Shown here one piece after another: positions 43,531 to 51,327 of a stretch of 64,000 bases of DNA. The stretch comes from Oscillospiraceae bacterium (GTDB lineage Bacteria; Bacillota; Clostridia; Oscillospirales; CAG-272). The position numbers and the translations under genes are program-made. Position 1 is the first letter of the stretch; each line of letters opens with the position of its first letter. Under the pieces are notes generated by a model, which saw nothing but the letters and a program-made list of their open reading frames with translations, was not told the origin of the DNA and searched no databases. The stretch lies in NCBI GenBank assembly GCA_015064345.1, contig SVSK01000002.1, forward strand, positions 82 to 64,081, written 5' to 3'.

Positions 43531-44319
43531 ATGAGAAAAGTTTACATATATCTCGTTATGCTCATCTGCCTCACTCTCGTGATTCCGACTGTATGCACTG
43601 CTACAGCGTACAACCAGCCGGACTACGTTACCGACAATGCGGGTGTGCTTACAAAAGGTGAAATATCGTCTCTTTGCGTAAAGCTTGAAGAGATAAGCGA
43701 CCGACATTCTGTCAGCGTTGCTGTATTTATTACAGACGACATGGTTGATCCCGATAGCGGAAGAGAATTTACCGATATTGATGAGTACGCCGAGTATCTT
43801 TTCGACAATTACAGCTACGGTTACGGCGAAACTGACGACGGAATTCTGTTCGTTATTTCACTTGGTGGCCGTGATTGGTGTGTTTTTGCAGCAGGATACG
43901 GTGACACCGTGATGAACAGTCGCGGTTTTGATCAAGTTGAGAATGAAATAATACCCTACCTTAGCGACGGTGAATACTATAGAGCCTTTTCCCACTTTGG
44001 TGATGTCTGTGACGAGCTTATTACGGATTCTTACGGTTCATCGGTAACATCCGGCAAATGGATTCTCACCTGCTTTATCGTTGGTCTTGTGATCTCAATC
44101 ATCACAGTTGGTATTATGGCATCAATGAATAAGTCAGTTCGATACGGAGTCTCTGCTAACAGCTACATCGTAAACGGAAGCTTCTCACTTACGGAAAAGC
44201 AGGATATTTTCCTCTACCGAAACGTAATGAGAACACCGCGGCAGACTTCGGAAAGCAGTAGAGGCAGTCGTTCCGGTGGCAGCTCAAGCGGAAGAAGCAG
44301 CAGAAGCGGAAAATTCTAA
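43531..44319 (+). CDS. TPM-domain protein with signal peptide, C-terminal TM and Gly/Ser/Arg tail (YgcG/YdjH-like)
   Basis: YVTDNAGVLTKGEISSLCVKLEEISDRHSVSVAVFITDD is a typical TPM start. TM WILTCFIVGLVISIITVGIMA. Tail RGSRSGGSSSGRSSRSGKF. ATG 43531 lies 5 nt after AAGGAGGG. Confidence 0.65.
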   Translation: MRKVYIYLVMLICLTLVIPTVCTATAYNQPDYVTDNAGVLTKGEISSLCVKLEEISDRHSVSVAVFITDDMVDPDSGREFTDIDEYAEYLFDNYSYGYGETDDGILFVISLGGRDWCVFAAGYGDTVMNSRGFDQVENEIIPYLSDGEYYRAFSHFGDVCDELITDSYGSSVTSGKWILTCFIVGLVISIITVGIMASMNKSVRYGVSANSYIVNGSFSLTEKQDIFLYRNVMRTPRQTSESSRGSRSGGSSSGRSSRSGKF

Positions 44320-44329
44320 ACAAAATAAC

Positions 44330-44368
44330 AAGAACTTCCTACATTTCGGTGTAAGAAGTTCTTTTTTT
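44330..44368 (+). terminator. Terminator closing the MFS-GH2/SPFH/Zn-ribbon/TPM transcription unit
   Basis: AAGAACTTC (44330-44338) pairs with GAAGTTCTT (44355-44363), followed by T7. Confidence 0.7.
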
Positions 44369-44436
44369 CAGTATTCTATGAGCAAAGCCACATTTAACAT
44401 ATATTATTGAATATGTCCGCAAAACCGATCTATCTC

Positions 44437-44940
44437 TTAATATATGTCTTCCGTATTCTCCGACTCAAGAAGAATATTATACTTTATCTTTGCCAGAATC
44501 CTCACAAGAGTTTCCCTTTCTTGTGAATTGAGATTGCTCATCGCAATATTCTCTTCTTCACAAATCCGTCTCTTTATTGCATCGTCGAGCGCGCGACCTT
44601 TTTCAGTTAGAAATACGCGTGTCGCTCTCAGATCATACTCGTCAGGTCTGCGCATCACAAATCCTGCATGCTCCATTTTCTGAAGTGCTACGCTTATCGT
44701 TGGAGCTTTCATATGGGTAGCTTTTACAAGGTCAAGCTGTGTTCTGCCATCCCTCTTTGCAAGCTCAAGAAGCAAATATCTCTCTGACTTCTGTGTTATG
44801 GGATTGTCCGCATCTTTTTCTCTGAGCTTCTCGCCCATAAGTCGTGTTATCTCGTTTATTAACAGCATCGGAGATTTTCTCGGATCAATAGAATCATTAT
44901 TATGCTCCGGTGCTTTTCCATTAACATTAAGATTATGCAT
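44437..44940 (-). CDS. MarR-family transcriptional regulator
   Basis: Winged-helix block ..LLELAKRDGRTQLDLVKATHMKAPTISVALQKMEHAGFVMR... 167 aa. Confidence 0.8.
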   Translation of the reverse strand: MHNLNVNGKAPEHNNDSIDPRKSPMLLINEITRLMGEKLREKDADNPITQKSERYLLLELAKRDGRTQLDLVKATHMKAPTISVALQKMEHAGFVMRRPDEYDLRATRVFLTEKGRALDDAIKRRICEEENIAMSNLNSQERETLVRILAKIKYNILLESENTEDIY

Positions 44941-45039
44941 ATCTTCCCTCCGCCCATTAATTGATTATAAAATAATTTAATTTGTAATTAATTATACCAC
45001 GCAAAACTACAAAAGTCAATCCCGAAGATGATTTTGCAA

Positions 45040-45076
45040 CAAAAAAAGAGCAACTCTCTGCACAAGCTGCTCTTTC
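45040..45076 (-). terminator. Terminator after the aldo/keto reductase pair
   Basis: Minus strand AGAGCA/TGCTCT stem (plus-strand 45047-45052 and 45068-45073), followed by T7 (complement of 45041-45047). Confidence 0.6.
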
Positions 45077-45083
45077 AAGTAAA

Positions 45084-46217
45084 TTATTTCTTCTTGAGTT
45101 TTTCAATATATGCCGCAAAGTCTGACATGGTTTTCGGCACATCAATTCTCTGTGGGCAGATTCCCGCACATGCACCGCATCCTACACAAGCGGACGGCTT
45201 TTTATCCTCGGCAACTGCGTGATATCTTTCCCATGCGCCCCAGCCGGGTGAGAAGAGCATTTCATTGTAGATTGAGATGAGCTCGGGGATATCAAGTCCC
45301 ACAGGACAAACCTCACAGCAATATCTGCACGCTGTGCAAGGTACTGTGCCAAGCATTGCGCGACCGATCTCGTCAACCAGCGCGATCTCTTCTGCGGTAA
45401 GCTTTACATCAGATGAGAAAGTCTTGAGGTTGTCTTCAAGCTGGTCCATTTCAGTCATGCCGCTGAGCACTACCTTCACGCCCGGAAGCGCGAGAAGCCA
45501 GCGAAACGCCCAAGATGCGATTGAGTCCTCCGGTCTTCTTGCCTTAAGCATTGCTTCGTGCTCGTCGGAAAGCTTTGCCAGTCTGCCACCGCGTACAGGT
45601 TCCATTACCCACACGGGAATACCTCGCTCTGTGAGCATATCGTACTTGACCTTTGCCTCTTGCAGCTCCCAGTCAACGTAATTGAGCTGGATCTGGCAGA
45701 ACTCCATCTTGTCACCGTAGAGCTCAAGGAACTTGCCCATTGCCTCGTTTGTTGCATGAGTGGAGAAGCCAAGGTGACCGATTCTGCCTGCCGCCTTTTG
45801 CTCGAGAAGATACTTAACGATTCCGCGCTCCTCGTCGCAATAGATGTCAAGATTGTCGTCAGACACATTGTGGATAAGGTAGAAGTCAAAATGGTCCACG
45901 CCGCATTTCTGAAGCTGTTCTTCAAATATTACCGCGGGCGGGTTGTCTCTTCCCTGAGGCATGTTTCCCGGGAATTTGGAAGCAAGATAATAGCTGTCAC
46001 GAGGGTAATTCTTGAGGATCTTACCAACCACAACCTCTGATTTGTAGCTGTGATACATGTACGCTGTGTCGAAATAGTTAACCCCTGCCTTGATAGCGCG
46101 ATCGAAAAGCTCTGCTGTGCGCACTTCGTCTATCACGTCTCCCTCAAGTGTGGGAAGTCTCATGCAGCCGTAGCCGAGAGTGGAAAGTTTCTTGCCCTTA
46201 AAATCAATATAATTCAT
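45084..46217 (-). CDS. Aldo/keto reductase fused to a C-terminal 2x[4Fe-4S] ferredoxin-like domain
   Basis: AKR N terminus (LGYGCMRLP, GVNYFDTAYMY) plus CTACRYCCEVCP and CVGCGACAGICP. Confidence 0.75.
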   Translation of the reverse strand: MNYIDFKGKKLSTLGYGCMRLPTLEGDVIDEVRTAELFDRAIKAGVNYFDTAYMYHSYKSEVVVGKILKNYPRDSYYLASKFPGNMPQGRDNPPAVIFEEQLQKCGVDHFDFYLIHNVSDDNLDIYCDEERGIVKYLLEQKAAGRIGHLGFSTHATNEAMGKFLELYGDKMEFCQIQLNYVDWELQEAKVKYDMLTERGIPVWVMEPVRGGRLAKLSDEHEAMLKARRPEDSIASWAFRWLLALPGVKVVLSGMTEMDQLEDNLKTFSSDVKLTAEEIALVDEIGRAMLGTVPCTACRYCCEVCPVGLDIPELISIYNEMLFSPGWGAWERYHAVAEDKKPSACVGCGACAGICPQRIDVPKTMSDFAAYIEKLKKK

Positions 46218-46240
46218 TATACACCTCTATGTATTTATTA

Positions 46241-47275
46241 TCAAACTTTTATTTTGCCTGAGAGTATGTCCTTGTAGTCTGCGAGGTTAAGTTTAAGAAG
46301 CTCCGGTGTGTCAAGTCCGTAGGGGCATTTTGATCTGCACTGACCGCATTCAAGGCAATTTTCGATGTTCAACATCTTTTCCTGATATTCCTCGGTCAGC
46401 CACATGGCGGATGGACTGCGGCGGATCATCTGGGACATTCTTGCACAGTTGTTGATCTCAATATCCACGGGGCACGGCATACAGTAGCCGCATCCTCTGC
46501 AGAAGTTACCGAGCAACTCTGCCCTGTCTTTGTCAATAAGGGACTTCAGCTCGTCATCCATTGTCGGCGGTGCTGTGATATATGAAATGAACTCGTCAAG
46601 CTCACTTTCCTTCTGCACGCCCCAAATGGGAAGCACGTTGTCGAACATCTCCATCCAAGCATACGCGGCGCGGGAGTTGGTGATAAGACCACCGGAAAGA
46701 CCTTTCATGGCAATAAAACCGACATTTTTTTCTTTGCACAGCTTAACAAGCTCCAATTCGTGCTCTGTCGCAAGATAGCAGAACGGGAACTGCAGTGTTT
46801 CGTAAAGTCCCGACTCCACCGCTTCTCTTGCTACGTTCAGTCTGTGATTGGTGATTCCGATATGGCGGATCTTGCCCTGAGCCTTTGCTACAAGCATTGC
46901 CTCGTACAGACCGCTTCCGTCGCCGGGTTTCGGACAAAAAGGAAGATTATGGAACTGGTAAATATCAATGTAATCCGTATTCATATTGGTAAGGCTGGTC
47001 TCCAGATCCCGCCAAAATGCTTCAGGGGTGGTCGCGCCTGTTTTTGTTGCGATATGTATCTTCTCTCTTGTCCCGTTACCGAACGCTAAACCGAGCTTAA
47101 TTTCGCTGTCGGTGTAATATCGCGCTGTGTCAAAGAAGGTAAAGCCTGCGTCATATGCTTTCCGAAGCAGCATTACCGCATATTCGTCGCTGACACGCTG
47201 AATAGGCAATGCTCCAAAGGCATTTTTGATAGAGGCTATCCCTGTTTTGCCGAGTATGACCTTGCTCATATTCAA
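46241..47275 (-). CDS. Aldo/keto reductase fused to a C-terminal 2x[4Fe-4S] ferredoxin-like domain (paralogue)
   Basis: AKR N terminus (FGALPIQR, GFTFFDTARYY) plus CRGCGYCMPCP and CLECGQCRSKCP. Confidence 0.75.
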   Translation of the reverse strand: MNMSKVILGKTGIASIKNAFGALPIQRVSDEYAVMLLRKAYDAGFTFFDTARYYTDSEIKLGLAFGNGTREKIHIATKTGATTPEAFWRDLETSLTNMNTDYIDIYQFHNLPFCPKPGDGSGLYEAMLVAKAQGKIRHIGITNHRLNVAREAVESGLYETLQFPFCYLATEHELELVKLCKEKNVGFIAMKGLSGGLITNSRAAYAWMEMFDNVLPIWGVQKESELDEFISYITAPPTMDDELKSLIDKDRAELLGNFCRGCGYCMPCPVDIEINNCARMSQMIRRSPSAMWLTEEYQEKMLNIENCLECGQCRSKCPYGLDTPELLKLNLADYKDILSGKIKV

Positions 47276-47472
47276 ATCTCCCGATAATCAACTATTTTAT
47301 ATATTTTACCATATTTCAGGCAAAAAAGAAATACTTTTTAAGAAAAAAATGCATCTCGGATTTACGGCGAAATAAAAATATGATAAAATATTTCTGTAGA
47401 TGTTAGAAACAGGAAAAATCTCCGTCTTATACAGATGAAAGGCCTTTACTACAGAAAACGAGGTATATTGAT

Positions 47473-48729
47473 ATGAAACGTGAAAAGCTTTTTGAGGCTA
47501 TCGGTGCAGTCAAGGATAAATATTTGAAAAGAAGCGAGAAGAGACACGTTCCTCTTGTGAATTACTCCGGCTGGATAGCATGCGCTGCCTGCATTTGCAT
47601 TGCCGTAGCGGCTGTTTTGCTGATGCCCGAGCCTACCGAAAACGTAATAGTAAACGAGCATAACGTAATAAATCAGACTGTTCTCTCGCCTCAGCTGGGT
47701 CTGCCGTCTGATGAGGGAGCGACAGGTGATAATGTGCTCTCAACCATTGATTCAGGCACATTCTTCTCTATCAACGGTATGGGGTTTGAAGCCTATAGCG
47801 AGCAAGATGTTTTGGTCAACCTGAGCTTTGAGCCTGCAAATGCATACACCACCCCGGAAACCTTACCGATATTCAAGAACAAGTCATACAACCCGTATTG
47901 GCTCTCCTATGGACTGAATGAATACGAGCTACATGAGCTTGTTTGGGACGTTCTTGCCGGACTCGGAGTTGATCCGTTTGGCAAGGATCTGACCAAATTT
48001 GAGAAGGTTCGTGCATCCGACTCTCCCCGTGACCCCCGCGGCTCTCTTATTCCCGATGACGCTTTGCTCAGCATAAAGCTGACTGCGGGATTTGGCACAA
48101 TAACGGTTGAAGCAAACGGATTTGTTGAGATCATGTATACAGGCGGTTTAGAGCTTCCCGAGGAATACAGTATCAAAAATGACCCGGACGAAGCAATGGC
48201 TTATCTTACCGAGCAATATTCCGCTTTGCTTGACTTTGAGAGCGCTACCGTAGTGATAAGCGAAGCGGCAAGGGAGTCGGGCAACATCAGCTCCGCTATT
48301 GTCTATGACGGCGCAGGAGACAAAACAGAAGTGCTCCTTAATCGTAAATATGAGTCGGCACAGTTCTATTTTGATGACAGCGGAAAGCTTACAATGATAC
48401 GCATCAATAATTTGTTGTCTGTTGCGGAGTGCATGGGATACTACAACACTATAACCGCAGATGAAGCAAAGGCTCTGCTTCTCGATGGATACTACTACTC
48501 GTCCTATAAGGGTGAGCCCATCCTTGACGAAGAGCATATACGCGGAGTTGAGTTGACATACCGCACATCAGATGCGGAGCAAGTGCGTATTCCTTTCTAC
48601 AGATTCTATATTGAGCTGCCGCCAAATGAATATTCAGGTGAGATTTCCTACGCGGCTTATTACGTTCCCGCTATTGAACTCGAATATATAAAGACCGAGT
48701 ACACCCCTGATTTCAGCTTTAACAACTGA
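47473..48729 (+). CDS. Hypothetical single-pass membrane protein (possible anti-sigma factor of the downstream sigma)
   Basis: Short cytoplasmic N terminus, TM WIACAACICIAVAAVLLM, about 360-aa extracytoplasmic part with no recognised motif. Lies 31 nt upstream of the sigma factor gene. Confidence 0.4.
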   Translation: MKREKLFEAIGAVKDKYLKRSEKRHVPLVNYSGWIACAACICIAVAAVLLMPEPTENVIVNEHNVINQTVLSPQLGLPSDEGATGDNVLSTIDSGTFFSINGMGFEAYSEQDVLVNLSFEPANAYTTPETLPIFKNKSYNPYWLSYGLNEYELHELVWDVLAGLGVDPFGKDLTKFEKVRASDSPRDPRGSLIPDDALLSIKLTAGFGTITVEANGFVEIMYTGGLELPEEYSIKNDPDEAMAYLTEQYSALLDFESATVVISEAARESGNISSAIVYDGAGDKTEVLLNRKYESAQFYFDDSGKLTMIRINNLLSVAECMGYYNTITADEAKALLLDGYYYSSYKGEPILDEEHIRGVELTYRTSDAEQVRIPFYRFYIELPPNEYSGEISYAAYYVPAIELEYIKTEYTPDFSFNN

Positions 48730-48760
48730 CTTTTCCGTATATCAACACAGGAGGACTCCA

Positions 48761-49321
48761 ATGAAAGACGAGACCATAATTGATCTGTATTTTAAGCGCA
48801 ACGAGAATGCAATAGTTGAATCCGATATAAAGTACGGCGCATACTGCCGCACGGTTGCAGACAATATTCTCCACAGCCGCGAGGACACCGAAGAATGTGT
48901 TAATGATACGTGGCTGCGCGCATGGAATTCAATGCCGCCAACCCGTCCGAATGTGCTGAAGCTGTTTTTTGCAAGGATCACACGGAATATCTCATTCGAC
49001 AGATACAAGAGGGATCATGCAAAAAAGCGCGGCGGAGGTGAGTTGGACGTTGCCCTCTCGGAGCTTGAGGAGTGTATAGCGGCTCACTCAGATGTTGAGG
49101 ATGAGATAGAGGCGCTGGAGCTTGAAGCATCCATAAACCGCTTTTTGGGCACAGTTTCCGTCAATGAGCGAAACATATTCATCCGCAGGTATTTTTATGT
49201 GGAAAAGGCATCCGACATTGCAGAACGGTACGGAATGAGAGAAGGCGGCGTGTTTGTCATTCTATCCCGCACGAGAGCAAAGCTGAAAAAGCATCTGACA
49301 GATGAGGGATATTTCATTTGA
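48761..49321 (+). CDS. Sigma-70 family (ECF-like, regions 2 and 4) RNA polymerase sigma factor
   Basis: Region 2-like ..EECVNDTWLRAWNS... Region 4 HTH ..ASDIAERYGMREGGVFVILSRTRAKLKKHL... 186 aa. Confidence 0.8.
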   Translation: MKDETIIDLYFKRNENAIVESDIKYGAYCRTVADNILHSREDTEECVNDTWLRAWNSMPPTRPNVLKLFFARITRNISFDRYKRDHAKKRGGGELDVALSELEECIAAHSDVEDEIEALELEASINRFLGTVSVNERNIFIRRYFYVEKASDIAERYGMREGGVFVILSRTRAKLKKHLTDEGYFI

Positions 49322-49330
49322 GCACACAAA

Positions 49331-49366
49331 AAGAGCAAGACGTTAGTCCTGCTCTTTCTTTTGTTT
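49331..49366. terminator. Bidirectional terminator between the sigma factor and rubrerythrin genes
   Basis: AGAGCA (49332-49337) pairs with TGCTCT (49350-49355), flanked by A-rich and T-rich runs. Confidence 0.5.
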
Positions 49367-49372
49367 TGTAAA

Positions 49373-49915
49373 TTAATAGTTTTCTGCGTGAAGCTCGAAG
49401 TATGCCTTGGGGTGCTTGCATGTGGGGCAGAGCTCGGGAGCCTTTGTACCAACTACGATGTGACCGCAGTTACGGCATTCCCAAACCTTAACTTCGCTCT
49501 TTTCAAATACCTGAGCGGTTTCAACATTCTTGAGCAGTGCGCGATAACGTTCCTCGTGGTGCTTTTCAACAGCGGCAACAAGACGGAACTTTGCAGCCAG
49601 TTCTGTAAAGCCTTCTTCGTCAGCGTCCTTTGCGAAGCCTTCGTACATATCTGTCCACTCGTAGTTTTCGCCTTCAGCAGCAGAAAGGAGGTTCTGTGCT
49701 GTGTCACCGATGCCCTCAAGTTCCTTGAACCAAAGCTTTGCGTGTTCCTTTTCGTTTTCAGCAGTCTTGAGGAACAGTGCAGAGATCTGCTCGTAGCCTT
49801 CCTTCTTTGCAACAGATGCAAAATAGGTGTACTTGTTTCTCGCTTCGGATTCACCGGAGAAAGCCGCCATAAGGTTCTTTTCTGTTTTTGTGCCTGAATA
49901 CTTGCTCATTTTCAT
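49373..49915 (-). CDS. Rubrerythrin
   Basis: Diiron ferritin-like motifs (..[10 protein letters not shown].., ..VEKHHEERY..) plus C-terminal rubredoxin CRNCGH...CPTCKH. Confidence 0.9.
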   Translation of the reverse strand: MKMSKYSGTKTEKNLMAAFSGESEARNKYTYFASVAKKEGYEQISALFLKTAENEKEHAKLWFKELEGIGDTAQNLLSAAEGENYEWTDMYEGFAKDADEEGFTELAAKFRLVAAVEKHHEERYRALLKNVETAQVFEKSEVKVWECRNCGHIVVGTKAPELCPTCKHPKAYFELHAENY

Positions 49916-49938
49916 ATCTCCTTTAATAAAAATTTTTC

Positions 49939-50580
49939 TTAATTTATTCCAAGCAAGGCGTTGATGTAACCCTGCAGTTGGTTCTTTGAAAGTGCGCCGA
50001 CTTTTGTGCCATAAACAGATCCATCGGCATTTATTACGATAGTTGACGGGAATGCGTAAACCCCGTAGGTGTTTATTGCATCGAAGTCTGAGTCACAATA
50101 CACGGGGAATGTGTATCCGTTGTCTTCCATAAAGCTCCCCACTGATTCCACGGTATCGCGGTAGCCGTCCGTTGCGTTAATCATAATGAACTCAACTCTG
50201 TCACCGTACTCCTCGTACATCTCCTGGAAGTGTGGCATCTCACTCTTGCAAGGTCCGCACCAGGTTGCCCAGAAGTTGACGATCATCGGCTTGCCGAGAA
50301 AATCGGATAGGTTCACAGCATTTCCGTCCATGTCGTAAAATGTGGAATCGGGAAGCTCGAGAACGGGATCGCCTGCTACTTCGTCCGTTTCATCGGGAAT
50401 CTCGGATTCGTCTGTTTCCTCGGGTTCCTCAGTCTCGACAGGTGTACCCGATTCGGATGCGCCGTCCATACCCTGGTTTTCTTCATAATCCTCGGAAAGT
50501 CTGTTATACAAAACTACCGCTCCTGCGATGAGAGCAACAAGTATGACTGCAGAAATTATTAATTTAATATATTTCTTCAT
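49939..50580 (-). CDS. TlpA/ResA-like membrane-anchored thiol-disulfide oxidoreductase
   Basis: Signal anchor, acidic linker [19 protein letters not shown], thioredoxin motif [15 protein letters not shown] 50580 lies 5 nt after GAGGTG; track start 50604 overlaps ccdA. Confidence 0.8.
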   Translation of the reverse strand: MKKYIKLIISAVILVALIAGAVVLYNRLSEDYEENQGMDGASESGTPVETEEPEETDESEIPDETDEVAGDPVLELPDSTFYDMDGNAVNLSDFLGKPMIVNFWATWCGPCKSEMPHFQEMYEEYGDRVEFIMINATDGYRDTVESVGSFMEDNGYTFPVYCDSDFDAINTYGVYAFPSTIVINADGSVYGTKVGALSKNQLQGYINALLGIN

Positions 50581-50587
50581 AAGCACC

Positions 50588-51241
50588 TCACGAGAATAAT
50601 GCAAGCACCTTGTTCATAAGCCCCAGCGCCATCATAACGCCGATCAGTATGAGAAAGATACCCGAGATAAGATTAATCACCTTGTAATGCTTCTTCACCG
50701 CAGAAAACGCGCCCTTAAGCTGGTCTATAAGCACAGCAGACAACACGAACGGTATGCCAAGTCCGAGAGAATATACCAGAAGCAGGAGTGTTCCCTCCCT
50801 TGCCCCGCCTGCTGAGGTTGCCTGGGAAAGTGCCGCTCCGAGGAATGCACCGACACAAGGAGTAAGGCTGACAGAATATATCATTCCGAAGAGGAAAGCT
50901 GAAAAAACGCTTGTTATCTTCATTCCCTTGCCCATACCGCTGAAAAACGGCAGTCGGATCACTTCCATGTATGACAGCCCAAAGATTATTATGATAATTC
51001 CGCAGACAATATTCAGAACTGTCTCATATTTGCGCAGTAGCATGCCAACGCTACCCGCAAAAAGGCCCAGCAGAGTGAATACCACGGAAAACCCGAGAAC
51101 AAAGAATATAGCGCGAAGCAATGTCTTATGCTTTTTTTGCTCGCCGCCTGCAAAATACGAAACGTATATGGGCAGCATCGGCAGCATACAGGGGGATATG
51201 AATGAAATAAAGCCTTCAAGGAATGTGAGAATGTACTGCAC
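50588..51241 (-). CDS. ccdA: Cytochrome c biogenesis/thiol-disulfide transfer protein CcdA (DsbD transmembrane-domain family)
   Basis: Six TM. Conserved Cys in FISPCMLPMLP and SLTPCVGAFLG. GTG 51241 lies 6 nt after AGGAGG and is preferred over track TTG 51280. Confidence 0.8.
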   Translation of the reverse strand: MQYILTFLEGFISFISPCMLPMLPIYVSYFAGGEQKKHKTLLRAIFFVLGFSVVFTLLGLFAGSVGMLLRKYETVLNIVCGIIIIIFGLSYMEVIRLPFFSGMGKGMKITSVFSAFLFGMIYSVSLTPCVGAFLGAALSQATSAGGAREGTLLLLVYSLGLGIPFVLSAVLIDQLKGAFSAVKKHYKVINLISGIFLILIGVMMALGLMNKVLALFS

Positions 51242-51327
51242 CGTGTACCTCCTGTAATTGATCCGGCTGTTTTGAGCCAAGCCTATTATATCATAAATTA
51301 GTTGATTTGGAAAGAGTTTTTACGTAG

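Noticed and set aside
47406-47426. ECF-type promoter GAAAC ... CGTC upstream of the membrane-protein/sigma pair
   Set aside because: The spacer between GAAAC (47406-47410) and CGTC (47423-47426) is 12 nt, against the 16-17 nt expected for ECF promoters. It is probably a chance match.
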